A stretch of 64,000 bases of DNA from an uncultured Gemmatimonadales bacterium (GTDB lineage Bacteria > Gemmatimonadota > Gemmatimonadetes > Gemmatimonadales > GWC2-71-9), in assembly GCA_963730185.1 (NCBI GenBank), contig CAVSQW010000012.1, positions 320,001-384,000 on the forward strand, written 5' to 3'. The notes beneath the pieces are model-generated. The model was not told where the DNA came from. It worked only from the letters and a program-made list of their open reading frames with translations, and did no database searches. This document shows positions 38,485 through 47,709 of this stretch, piece after piece (position 1 is the stretch's first letter; each line of letters starts with the position of its first letter). Both the position numbers and the translations under genes were made by a program.

Positions 38485-40173
38485 CTACCGGCGACCGGGC
38501 GCGGCGTAGACCACCTCGCCCCCGATCACCGTCATCACCGGCTTGGTCTTGAGGATGTCGGCGTTTGGCACCGTCATGACGTCCTGGTCGAGGATCGTGA
38601 AGTCGGCCCACTTGCCGACGGCGATCGATCCCCGGACGTTGTCCTGGAACGCCGCGAACGCCGGGTAGAGCGTGAACATCTTGAGGGCTTGCTCCCGGCT
38701 CACCTTCTGCTCCGGATGCCAGAGCGAGTCCGGGCCGGCGTTGCCCTGCAAGTCGCGCCGGGTCACGGCCGCGTAGAATTCGATCATCGGCTCGCCCCGC
38801 TCGACCGGCGCGTCGGAGCCGCCCGGCACGGGAAGCCCGAGGTCGAGGAAGGTCTTCCAGGCGTAGGCGCCCTCCAGGCGCTTGGCCCCCAGCCGGCGGG
38901 GCGCGAAGTAGAGGTCGCCGATCGCGTGCGAGGGCTGCATCGAGGGGATGATGTTCAGCTGCTTGAACCGGGGCAGGTCGGCCACCGCGACGATCTGGGC
39001 ATGCTCGTCGCGCCAACGCGGCTCGGCGACGGCCCGATCCGACGCCGGGACCTGTTGGAAGGCCCACTCGTAGAGGTTGAGGAGGATGTGGTTGGCCCGG
39101 TCGCCGATCGCGTGGGTTTCGACCTGGATACCCTTCTGGAGCGCCGTCACCATCATCGTCTTGAAAGCCGTGGTGTCGGTCGTGATCAAACCGCGGTTGC
39201 CGGGGTCGTCGGAATAGGGCTCCAGGAGCGCCGCACCTCGGGAGCCGAGGGCGCCGTCCATGACCACCTTGATGGTCCGGAGGGTGTAGCGGCCATCGAA
39301 CTCGTCGAGGCTCGGCCCCACGGCGAGCAGCGAGTCGGTGGCCGCGCTCGGGCCCAGGATCGCCTCGTAGACGCGGAGCTTGATCTGGCCGGCGCCGTAG
39401 AGCCGCCGCATCCGGCCGACCGTGGCCCAGTCGGTCCCGGCGTCCTGCACCTCGGTCCAGCCCAGCTCGGTGCTCCGGCGCGCCCCGATCACCAGGGCCG
39501 AGTCGTCCTGGGCCTCGGTCGCCGAGGGGAGGGCCGGGCCCATCAGCCCCTGGGCCCGGTCGATCAGCATGCCGGTGAGCTCCCCCCGGGCGTCTTTGTT
39601 GATGGCACCGCCGAACGGCGCCTTGGTGGCCTTGGTGATGCCGGCCAGCTCCAACGCCTTGGTGTTCGCGATCAGGGCATGGCCGTCGGCCCGGCCCAGG
39701 ACCACCGGGTTATTGGGAGCGACCGCGTCCAAATCGTGGCGGGTCGGAAAGACCGGCGGCGTCCAGAACGTCTCGATCCACCCGCGGCCCACCACCCACT
39801 CGCCCGGCGGGGTCCGGTCCACCCGTTCCTTGATCCGGGCCAGAAAGGCGTCCTTCGTCGGGGTCCCCTCCAAGTTGAGCGTCATCTCCCGCTCGCCGAC
39901 GCCAGCCAAGTGGTAGTGGGCGTCCGCCCACCCCGGGTAGACGAAGGCGCCCTTCAAGTCGACCACCCGAGTGCTCGGACCCCGGTACGGCGCGACCGCC
40001 GCGGTCGAGCCCACGAACACGATCTTGCCCTCGGACACCGCCACGGCCTCCGCCTTGGGCAGCTGGTCGTCGACGGTGTAGACCGTGGCGTTCTCCAGCA
40101 CCAGGTCGGCGGCCGGAGTGGAGTGGCAGGCCAGCGCGGCGAGCGCGAGCAGCGGAAGCGACGAACGGCGCAT
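38485..40173 (-). CDS. Amidohydrolase_3 (YtcJ-like) lipoprotein
   Basis: Lipobox ALAC; DAHYH, DGALGSRGA, HAIGDRA, DEHAQ and GSDAPV motifs. Confidence 0.92.
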   Translation of the reverse strand: MRRSSLPLLALAALACHSTPAADLVLENATVYTVDDQLPKAEAVAVSEGKIVFVGSTAAVAPYRGPSTRVVDLKGAFVYPGWADAHYHLAGVGEREMTLNLEGTPTKDAFLARIKERVDRTPPGEWVVGRGWIETFWTPPVFPTRHDLDAVAPNNPVVLGRADGHALIANTKALELAGITKATKAPFGGAINKDARGELTGMLIDRAQGLMGPALPSATEAQDDSALVIGARRSTELGWTEVQDAGTDWATVGRMRRLYGAGQIKLRVYEAILGPSAATDSLLAVGPSLDEFDGRYTLRTIKVVMDGALGSRGAALLEPYSDDPGNRGLITTDTTAFKTMMVTALQKGIQVETHAIGDRANHILLNLYEWAFQQVPASDRAVAEPRWRDEHAQIVAVADLPRFKQLNIIPSMQPSHAIGDLYFAPRRLGAKRLEGAYAWKTFLDLGLPVPGGSDAPVERGEPMIEFYAAVTRRDLQGNAGPDSLWHPEQKVSREQALKMFTLYPAFAAFQDNVRGSIAVGKWADFTILDQDVMTVPNADILKTKPVMTVIGGEVVYAAPGRR

Positions 40174-40247
40174 GGGAAGTTCTTCGGCGTGATGGTGAGG
40201 CCAACGTTACCGCACGCGGGCCGGGGACACAACCGAGGGATGGGCCC

Positions 40248-40817
40248 TCAGCGGTCGCCGCCCACGGTGCGCTGCACGATGGTGATCGGCGTGGGATAGT
40301 CGATCGGCCCCAGGGGCGTTTCGACGGTCGGGACGGCCTGCAGGCGGATGGTCGTCGGATCCGCGTTCTGACCGAGGACCGCGAGCGCCACGTTGACCAG
40401 ACTCGCGGCCGACCCCTGGAAGAACTGGAGCAGATCGAGATGCATCACCACGGGGATCACGGTCGGACTGCCCGGCGGGAGCTCCACCGCCTGCTCGACC
40501 GTGCCGTCGATCGTTTCGCGGTCCTGGAGGTAGAGCGACCAGCGGAGCCGGGTGAGCTTGGCCGTGACTCGGTTCTCCGCCGGGTTCACCGCCCGGACGT
40601 TGACCGTCATCTCGAAGGGCAGATGGCCGCCGGCCACTGCGAGTCCGATCGCGGCCGCCTGGGTCACGCTCAGGCTCTGGTACGAGCGAATCGACGCCAG
40701 GTCGACGCCCGCGACCCGCCCGGCGGTCACCCCGGCCAGATCAAAATCTACCTGGCGGAGCGCGGCCAGCTGCTGGAGGGTGGCGCAGCCGCCCAGCAGC
40801 AATGCCCCGCCGGCCAC
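40248..40817 (-). CDS. LEA_2-like lipoprotein
   Basis: LLGGC lipobox; VRAVNP..TRLRWSLYL pattern; start uncertain. Confidence 0.7.
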   Translation of the reverse strand: MAGGALLLGGCATLQQLAALRQVDFDLAGVTAGRVAGVDLASIRSYQSLSVTQAAAIGLAVAGGHLPFEMTVNVRAVNPAENRVTAKLTRLRWSLYLQDRETIDGTVEQAVELPPGSPTVIPVVMHLDLLQFFQGSAASLVNVALAVLGQNADPTTIRLQAVPTVETPLGPIDYPTPITIVQRTVGGDR

Positions 40818-40854
40818 CAGCCAGCCTCGCCGGCGCCGACCGCCCGAAGGCCGC

Positions 40855-42216
40855 CTAACGAATGAGATACCACGCCTCCTGACGGGGGACGAAGAACTCC
40901 CAGCCCTGCTCGGTCAGGTAGGCGTCGTCCTCCATCATGACGAACACCTTCCGGCCGTTCCATTCGGGTACCGCCGTGGCGGTATTGAGCTCGATCGAAA
41001 TGTACGACCCCAGCCGGAGCGGCTTGGCCTCGCGGCCCGACGCCGCGCCGTACGCGATCCCGGCTCCGAGCCCATGGCCCTGGTTGCCGATCGGGTGGGA
41101 GTAGATCTGCGCCTCGGTGCCCCGGGACGCCATCGCCGCCATGGCGCAGTCGTACACCGCGGTGTTGAGGGCGCCCGGGCGGGAGCAGGTCCGCATCACC
41201 GCATCCTGGAGCGCGTTGGTGTTGGCCATCGCTCGCACCAGCCCGGCTGGGACGTCGCTCTCTCCCTCCCGAAGCACGTAGGCCATCTTCTGCCAGTCGG
41301 TGTTGAACCCCATCGCGGTAATGCCCATGTCGACGTGGAGCACGTCGCCCCGCTCGATCACCGTGCCCTCGCGGGCGGGGCCAGGCGCGGTGGGGGTGGC
41401 GGCGTGCTTCCCGATCTCGACCGACCCGCCGGCCACCCGCTGCACCCGAAGATCCGGCTGGAACCAGGTGGTGGCGCCCTGCCGCTGGTACTCGTCGAAG
41501 AGCCACCGCCGGACGTCGCCGACGGTGGTCGTGCCGGGCGTAATCACTTCGTTCGAGAAGGCTCGGCCGGCGATCCGGTCGGTGATCTCGACCATCGTCC
41601 GGTAGCTCTCGAGCTCCTCCGGAATCCGGGTGTCGAGGTACTCCTCGATCAGGTCGGTGGCCGGCACGAACCGCCGGGCCACCTCGGGGCCGAGCCACCG
41701 GCGGAGCTCCTGGTAGGTGGCGTGAGTGAGGCCCCGGGTTACCCCCCGTGAGCCGGCCATCGCCAGCCCGATCGTCTTGGGCCGGTACCGCGCCACCAGC
41801 TCCGCCAGCATTTTGTCGGGACGTCGCCCGTCGGGCATCGCCTGGAAGAACCGGGCGAGGTTCTCCTCCGGATACCCGGTGATCGAGTACCGGGCCAACC
41901 CCTCCGCGCCCGCGTCCACGAAGACGAAGAAGTCCCGATTCCCCGCGTAGGGCCGGGGCGGCGCCACCAGCTGGGTCAGCGGGTCGTCGTGGAACTCCTC
42001 GTTGATCACGATCCACATCGCGATCCCGTGCCGCCGCATCATCGGGAGGAGGAGCTGGTGATGCTTCGCCAGCCATCCCTCGCGGATGGCCAGCTGGGCC
42101 GACCAGCTGGGCAGGTGCGGCCCGGCCTCAGTCGACTGCGCGGGGGCCGGCGCCGGCCTCGCCACCAGGCCGGCAAGGAGCGCCAGGGCGAGCCGGACCG
42201 GGAACCGGCGGCTCAT
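40855..42216 (-). CDS. M24 family (Xaa-Pro) metallopeptidase, secreted
   Basis: GDVLHVDMG..NTD, SHPIGNQGHG, SIE and MEDD motifs; ATGA overlap with the S9 gene. Confidence 0.88.
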   Translation of the reverse strand: MSRRFPVRLALALLAGLVARPAPAPAQSTEAGPHLPSWSAQLAIREGWLAKHHQLLLPMMRRHGIAMWIVINEEFHDDPLTQLVAPPRPYAGNRDFFVFVDAGAEGLARYSITGYPEENLARFFQAMPDGRRPDKMLAELVARYRPKTIGLAMAGSRGVTRGLTHATYQELRRWLGPEVARRFVPATDLIEEYLDTRIPEELESYRTMVEITDRIAGRAFSNEVITPGTTTVGDVRRWLFDEYQRQGATTWFQPDLRVQRVAGGSVEIGKHAATPTAPGPAREGTVIERGDVLHVDMGITAMGFNTDWQKMAYVLREGESDVPAGLVRAMANTNALQDAVMRTCSRPGALNTAVYDCAMAAMASRGTEAQIYSHPIGNQGHGLGAGIAYGAASGREAKPLRLGSYISIELNTATAVPEWNGRKVFVMMEDDAYLTEQGWEFFVPRQEAWYLIR

Positions 42217-44459
42217 GGCGTCTTCATCCCCGTTTTGGTGCTGTCGTCCAGGGTGCTCAGCATCTCCTTCCACGAGAACCAGTCCGGCTTGCCCCGAATC
42301 CACTTCTGGAACCAGTCGAACTCCACGATCGCCTTGGTCAGTTGGTTCCGGGGGTCGGGAATGCCGTGGGTGCTCCCCGGATACACGAAGAACTCGGTCG
42401 GCACCCCCAGCTTCTTGAGCGCCATGTGGAGCTCTTCGCTCTGAGGCCGGGGCACCCGCGGATCGCCCTCGACGACGTGGATCAGGGTCGGGGTGTGGGC
42501 GTTCTTGATGTACTTGAGTGGCGAAACCTGCCAGTACGCGTCGAAGTCGTCGTAGGGCAGCTTCCCGCCCATGTACCACTGGCGGTTCCGCTGGACGTCG
42601 CTCTGAGCGTACATCGAGATCCAGTTCATCGTCCCCGCCCCGCTCGAGATCGCCTTGAACCGATCGGTGTGGGTCAGGATCCAATCCGAATAGTGCCCGC
42701 CCGCGCTCCACCCCATCGCCCCCATGCTGTCGGCCGCGACCAGACCCTGGGCGATCAGGTTGTCGACCCCCAGCATGATGTCGGAGAAGCCCTTCTCGAA
42801 ATACTTGCCGACCCCGGCCGTCTCCATCCGGTGCCGCTCGCCGTAGTTGGAGGACCCGCGGTAGTTCGGCATCAGCACCAGGTACCCGGCGCCGGCGTAG
42901 ACCTGCGAGCCGTATCCGGGATCGAAGCGGAGCAGATCGGCGCCGGCCGGCCCGCCGTGGATCTGGACGATCAGCGGATAACGCCGTCCCGCCGTAAAGC
43001 CCACCGGCTTGAGCAGCACCCCGCCGATCGTCTTCCCATCCTTGCCCTTCCAGGTGATCTCCTCTTCCTGGCCCAGGGCGAAGCCCGCCACCTGGGGGTT
43101 CGCGTCGGTCAGCTGGGTCCAGGTCGACCGGTTGGCGAGATCACCCTCGGTGCGAGCCAGGTAGAGATTGGCCGGCGAGGTCGCTTGATCGAGCGTCACC
43201 AGGATGAGCCCGGTGTCGTCGTCACGGGTCGCGAAGAGCGCGGCCGGCAGGTTGGTCGCCTGGGTCACCGCTCCCGAGGCCACGTCGAGCGCGAAGACCT
43301 GGTTGGTGACCCGGAGCCCTTCGTTGAAGTAGATCGTCCGGCCGTCCTTCGACCACCAACCGACCGTCACGTCCCCGTCGAAATCCGCCCCCAGCTTCCG
43401 CCACTGTCCGCCGGCATCCGCGGTGGCGCGGACGTACACCTTCTGGTCCCGCATGTAGGTGAAGTCGTTCGAGGCCGAGAACGCGATGGAGGCCCCGTCC
43501 GGCGAGAACCGGAGCGGGCTCTCGCCAATCTCGGCGTTGTTGGTCAGCCGCTCGATCCGGCCCGACGCGACGTCGAGGAGGTAGAGGTCGTGATAGATCC
43601 CCGCCTCGGTGACCGTCCTCTTGTAGCGGTCGTTGGGCGTCCCGGCAAATCCCACCATCCGGCCGTCGTCGGACAACGTTACGTTGCCGACGCTCAGATC
43701 CGACCCGCTGGTCAACCGCCGTTCCTGCTTGGCGTCCAGCTCCATCGTCCAAAGGTGCTCCACCGGCTCCTCGGGGTTCCGGATCCGGACGGTGAACTTT
43801 TTCTCGACCCGAAGCCGGTTGTCCGCCTCGACCGTGTCGGGCGCGGTGAAGAAGAGCCGGGTGCCGTCCTTGGTCAGCGTCCACCAGGCGATCGGGGTGG
43901 CGTGCTTGGTCACCTGGATCGGCTTGGCGTCGCCTTCCAAGAGTCCGGCTACCGGAAGGGCCCAGAGCTGACGGTCCTCCGCCTTGCCGGCCCCGTACAC
44001 CAGCCAGCGACCGTCCCGGCTCAGCTCGAAGCGGCCGACCCCGTCCTTCGCGTCGGTGACCCGCCGCGCTTCGCCTCCATCCGGCCGCATCACGTAGAGC
44101 TGATCGGGCGCCTTGGCGCCGGAGCCGTCGCGGTCCGACGAGAACACGAAGAACCGGCCGTCCCGCGACCAGCGCGGGTCGTTCTCGCTCTTGGCAGGGG
44201 TAAACGTCAGCTGCCGGGCCGACGAGACGCCGCCCGACGTCGACACCAACCAGATGTCCGTATCCCGCCGCGCCGCCTGCCAGTCGGGGACCGACAGGGT
44301 GTACAGCATCCAGCGCCCGTCGGGGCTCAGATCTGGTGACCCCGCCCGCTGAAGACGCTGGAGGTCGAGGAACGTCATCGGGCGCTGCTGCGCCACGGCC
44401 GCGTGCCTGGGGACGATCGCGCCGGCGATCGCGGCAGCGAGGAAAACCGCACGGGTCAT
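42213..44459 (-). CDS. S9 family (prolyl oligopeptidase-like) peptidase
   Basis: Beta-propeller repeats (SPDGR); IHGGP, GWSAGG, DPRVP and THG motifs. Confidence 0.93.
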   Translation of the reverse strand: MTRAVFLAAAIAGAIVPRHAAVAQQRPMTFLDLQRLQRAGSPDLSPDGRWMLYTLSVPDWQAARRDTDIWLVSTSGGVSSARQLTFTPAKSENDPRWSRDGRFFVFSSDRDGSGAKAPDQLYVMRPDGGEARRVTDAKDGVGRFELSRDGRWLVYGAGKAEDRQLWALPVAGLLEGDAKPIQVTKHATPIAWWTLTKDGTRLFFTAPDTVEADNRLRVEKKFTVRIRNPEEPVEHLWTMELDAKQERRLTSGSDLSVGNVTLSDDGRMVGFAGTPNDRYKRTVTEAGIYHDLYLLDVASGRIERLTNNAEIGESPLRFSPDGASIAFSASNDFTYMRDQKVYVRATADAGGQWRKLGADFDGDVTVGWWSKDGRTIYFNEGLRVTNQVFALDVASGAVTQATNLPAALFATRDDDTGLILVTLDQATSPANLYLARTEGDLANRSTWTQLTDANPQVAGFALGQEEEITWKGKDGKTIGGVLLKPVGFTAGRRYPLIVQIHGGPAGADLLRFDPGYGSQVYAGAGYLVLMPNYRGSSNYGERHRMETAGVGKYFEKGFSDIMLGVDNLIAQGLVAADSMGAMGWSAGGHYSDWILTHTDRFKAISSGAGTMNWISMYAQSDVQRNRQWYMGGKLPYDDFDAYWQVSPLKYIKNAHTPTLIHVVEGDPRVPRPQSEELHMALKKLGVPTEFFVYPGSTHGIPDPRNQLTKAIVEFDWFQKWIRGKPDWFSWKEMLSTLDDSTKTGMKTP

Positions 44460-44844
44460 GCTCGGCTCCGAGGCGAAAGGGCATTCATGAATTGTTAGGC
44501 GGCTGAAATCGGCGCGGAGCGCCTGTCATGAATCTAGCCGCTCCCTGGCCCCACGCCATTCGGGGTTGCAAACTGCTCGGCCCCGTCGCCGGCGCCCGGG
44601 TGCAACTGCCAGCACGCCGGAACGACCTCGATCCCAAGGGGTCAACTCTCGGTCCTCGTTGCTGGGTCGATCCGTTGCACAGGATTCGCCGGATTGTCCC
44701 GATTCGTTACACCGGCTTCGGATCTTCTGCAGCCTGTGTGTGTTACCACGTCGGTGCACGTCAATAGCGCGATCCTTGCTACAGGACAACTACGGAGTTT
44801 CGCTCGATTCCAGATTCCCGTGAACGGAGCATGAACACCGACCG

Positions 44845-47709
44845 ATGGTGACCTCCCCGCCGCGGGCACCGGCCCGCTCAGGCCACCCCAGCCGCTCGTT
44901 CCGAGCGGTCTGGCGCCGACTGGCGCTGGTCGCGGCGTTCGGATCCGCTCCGCTTGGGTTGGCTGCGGCGCAGCAGCAGATCACCCAGGCCGATCCCAAC
45001 CCCCACGGCAAGCTCAATACCCCGTGCGCCACCTGTCACACGGCGGACGGGTGGAAGCCGGCCCGGATCGACCGGACTTTCGATCACGGAAAGACCGGCT
45101 TTCCGCTGGTGGAGTCGCACGCGGCCGTCGCCTGCACCAGCTGCCACACCTCGCTCGAGTTCTCCAATGCCCCGATCGCCTGCGCTTCCTGTCACCAGGA
45201 CGTGCACCAGGGCGAGTTCGGGACCACCTGCGACCAGTGCCACAACGCCCGGGCGTTCAACGACCGGACCGCGATGGCGCAGAACCACGCGCTCACCCGC
45301 TTTCCGCTCGATGGTGCCCACCGTGACGTCGACTGTCGGAGTTGTCATGCCTCGTCCGGCGGGGGCACGTTGGCTTTCAAGGGCGCGCCGACTCAATGCG
45401 TCGGGTGCCACCAGGCCGACTATGCCCGCACTACCACGCCGCCGCACAAGGCGTCGGGGTTCCCGACGGATTGCACTACCTGTCACACCAACCTGACGTG
45501 GCAGGGAAGCGGCTTCGATCACAACACAACCCAGTTCCCGCTCACCGGCGCGCACCAGGCGGCCGTGTGCCAGGACTGCCACCAGGACGGCATCTACAAG
45601 GGCAAGTCGACCACCTGCGTCAGCTGCCACCAGACCAACTACGACCAGACCGCGACCCCGCCCCACAAGAGCGCGGGATTCGCAACCGACTGCGTCACCT
45701 GCCACACCACCGTCACCTGGCAGGGGGCACAGTTCGACCACAACACCACCCAGTTCCCGCTCACCGGCGGGCACCAGGCCGCCGCCTGTCAGGACTGCCA
45801 CAGGAACGGCGTCTACAAAGGCCTGGCCGCCACTTGCGTGAGCTGCCACCAGACCGACTTCGACAAGACCACCAACCCGAACCACCGGTCGGCCAGCTTT
45901 CCGACCGATTGCACCACCTGCCACACCACCATCACCTGGCAGGGCGCGACGTTCGACCACAACACCACCCAGTTCCCGCTGACCGGGGCCCACCAGGCCA
46001 CGGCCTGTCAGGACTGCCACAAGAACGGGGTCTACAAGGGGCTGGCCACTACCTGCGTGAGCTGCCACCAGACCGACTACAACACCACCACCACGCCCAA
46101 TCACCAGTCGGCCGGGTTCCCGACCGACTGCACCACCTGCCACACCACCGTCACCTGGCAGGGGGCACAGTTCGACCACAACACCACCCAGTTCCCGCTG
46201 ACCGGGGCCCACCAGGCCACGGCCTGCCAGGACTGCCACAAGAACGGGGTCTACCAGGGGCTGGCCGCCACCTGCGTGAGCTGCCACCAGACCGATTTCA
46301 ACACCACCACCAACCCGAACCACCAATCGGCCGGGTTCCCGACCGACTGCGTCACCTGCCACACCACCGTCACTTGGCAGGGAGCACAGTTCGATCACAA
46401 CAGCACCCAGTTCCCGCTAACCGGGGCCCACCAGGCCACGGCCTGTCAGGACTGCCACAAGAACGGGGTCTACAAGGGGCTGGCCACCACCTGCGTGAGC
46501 TGCCACCAGACCGACTACAACACCACCACCAACCCGAACCACCAGTCGGCCGGGTTCCCGACCGACTGCGTCACCTGCCACACCACCGTCACTTGGCAGG
46601 GAGCACAGTTCGATCACAACACCACCCAGTTCCCGCTGACCGGGGCCCACCAGGCCACGGCCTGTCAGGACTGCCACAAGAACGGGGTCTACAAGGGGCT
46701 GGCCACTACCTGCGTGAGCTGCCACCAGACCGACTACAACACCACCACCACGCCCAATCACCAGTCGGCCGGCTTCCCGACCGACTGCACCACCTGCCAC
46801 ACCACCGTCACCTGGCAGGGGGCCGCGTTCGATCACAACAGCACCCAGTTCCCGCTAACCGGGGCCCACCAGGCCACGGCCTGTCAGGACTGCCACAAGA
46901 ACGGGGTCTACAAGGGGCTGGCCACCACCTGCGTGAGCTGCCACCAGACCGACTACAACACCACCACCAACCCGAACCACCAGTCGGCCGGCTTCCCGAC
47001 CGACTGCACCACCTGCCACACCACGGTCACCTGGGTCGGGGCGCAGTTCGATCACAACAGCACCCAGTTCCCGCTGACCGGGGCCCACCAGGCCACGGCC
47101 TGTCAGGACTGCCACAAGAACGGGGTCTACAAGGGGCTGGCCACCACCTGCGTGAGCTGCCACCAGACCGACTACAACACCACCACCAACCCGAACCACC
47201 AGTCGGCCGGCTTCCCGACCGACTGCACCACCTGCCACACCACGGTCACCTGGCAGGGGGCCTCGTTCGATCACAGCACCACCGCGTTCCCGCTCACCGG
47301 CGTGCACACCACGACGCCGTGCCAGGACTGCCACACGAACGGGATCTACAAGGGGCTGCCGAGCACCTGTGTGAGCTGCCACCAGACCGACTACAACAAC
47401 ACCACCAACCCGAACCACACCGCGGCCGGGTTCCCGACGGACTGCGTCTCGTGTCACACGACCTCGACCTGGCTGGGCGCGCAATTCGACCACGACGGCC
47501 AGTACTTCCCGATCTACTCGGGCAAGCATCGGGGGCAGTGGAACGCGTGCTCCGATTGTCACCAGAACTCGTCGTCGTACGCCGTGTTCACCTGTCTCAC
47601 CTGTCACGAGCACAGCAAGTCGCGGATGGACAGCGAGCATCAAGGACGGTCAGGCTACGTCTACGACAGCCAGGCGTGCTACAGCTGCCATCCGAGAGGG
47701 CGGTCGTGA
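44845..47709 (+). CDS. Giant multiheme c-type cytochrome (37 CxxCH)
   Basis: Signal peptide ending AAAQ; 37 CxxCH counted by hand (7 + 9x3 + 3). Confidence 0.95.
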   Translation: MVTSPPRAPARSGHPSRSFRAVWRRLALVAAFGSAPLGLAAAQQQITQADPNPHGKLNTPCATCHTADGWKPARIDRTFDHGKTGFPLVESHAAVACTSCHTSLEFSNAPIACASCHQDVHQGEFGTTCDQCHNARAFNDRTAMAQNHALTRFPLDGAHRDVDCRSCHASSGGGTLAFKGAPTQCVGCHQADYARTTTPPHKASGFPTDCTTCHTNLTWQGSGFDHNTTQFPLTGAHQAAVCQDCHQDGIYKGKSTTCVSCHQTNYDQTATPPHKSAGFATDCVTCHTTVTWQGAQFDHNTTQFPLTGGHQAAACQDCHRNGVYKGLAATCVSCHQTDFDKTTNPNHRSASFPTDCTTCHTTITWQGATFDHNTTQFPLTGAHQATACQDCHKNGVYKGLATTCVSCHQTDYNTTTTPNHQSAGFPTDCTTCHTTVTWQGAQFDHNTTQFPLTGAHQATACQDCHKNGVYQGLAATCVSCHQTDFNTTTNPNHQSAGFPTDCVTCHTTVTWQGAQFDHNSTQFPLTGAHQATACQDCHKNGVYKGLATTCVSCHQTDYNTTTNPNHQSAGFPTDCVTCHTTVTWQGAQFDHNTTQFPLTGAHQATACQDCHKNGVYKGLATTCVSCHQTDYNTTTTPNHQSAGFPTDCTTCHTTVTWQGAAFDHNSTQFPLTGAHQATACQDCHKNGVYKGLATTCVSCHQTDYNTTTNPNHQSAGFPTDCTTCHTTVTWVGAQFDHNSTQFPLTGAHQATACQDCHKNGVYKGLATTCVSCHQTDYNTTTNPNHQSAGFPTDCTTCHTTVTWQGASFDHSTTAFPLTGVHTTTPCQDCHTNGIYKGLPSTCVSCHQTDYNNTTNPNHTAAGFPTDCVSCHTTSTWLGAQFDHDGQYFPIYSGKHRGQWNACSDCHQNSSSYAVFTCLTCHEHSKSRMDSEHQGRSGYVYDSQACYSCHPRGRS
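45514..47484 (+). repeat. Nine tandem 219-bp (73-aa) tri-heme repeats
   Basis: The FDH codon recurs at 45514, 45733, ... 47485; unit FDHNTTQFPLTGAHQATA-CQDCH-x11-CVSCH-x20-CTTCH-TTVTWQGAQ. Confidence 0.95.

Noticed and set aside
44765..44780. Sigma-54 promoter upstream of the 37-heme gene (TAGCGCGATCCTTGCT)
   Set aside because: The -12 TTGC matches, but the invariant -24 GG reads AG.
45342..47705. N-terminal 788 codons of the 1334-aa ORF as a repeat-barrel fusion
   Set aside because: It is an off-frame reading of the cytochrome repeats (Pro/His/Arg-rich); the barrel has its own GTG and signal peptide at 47706.
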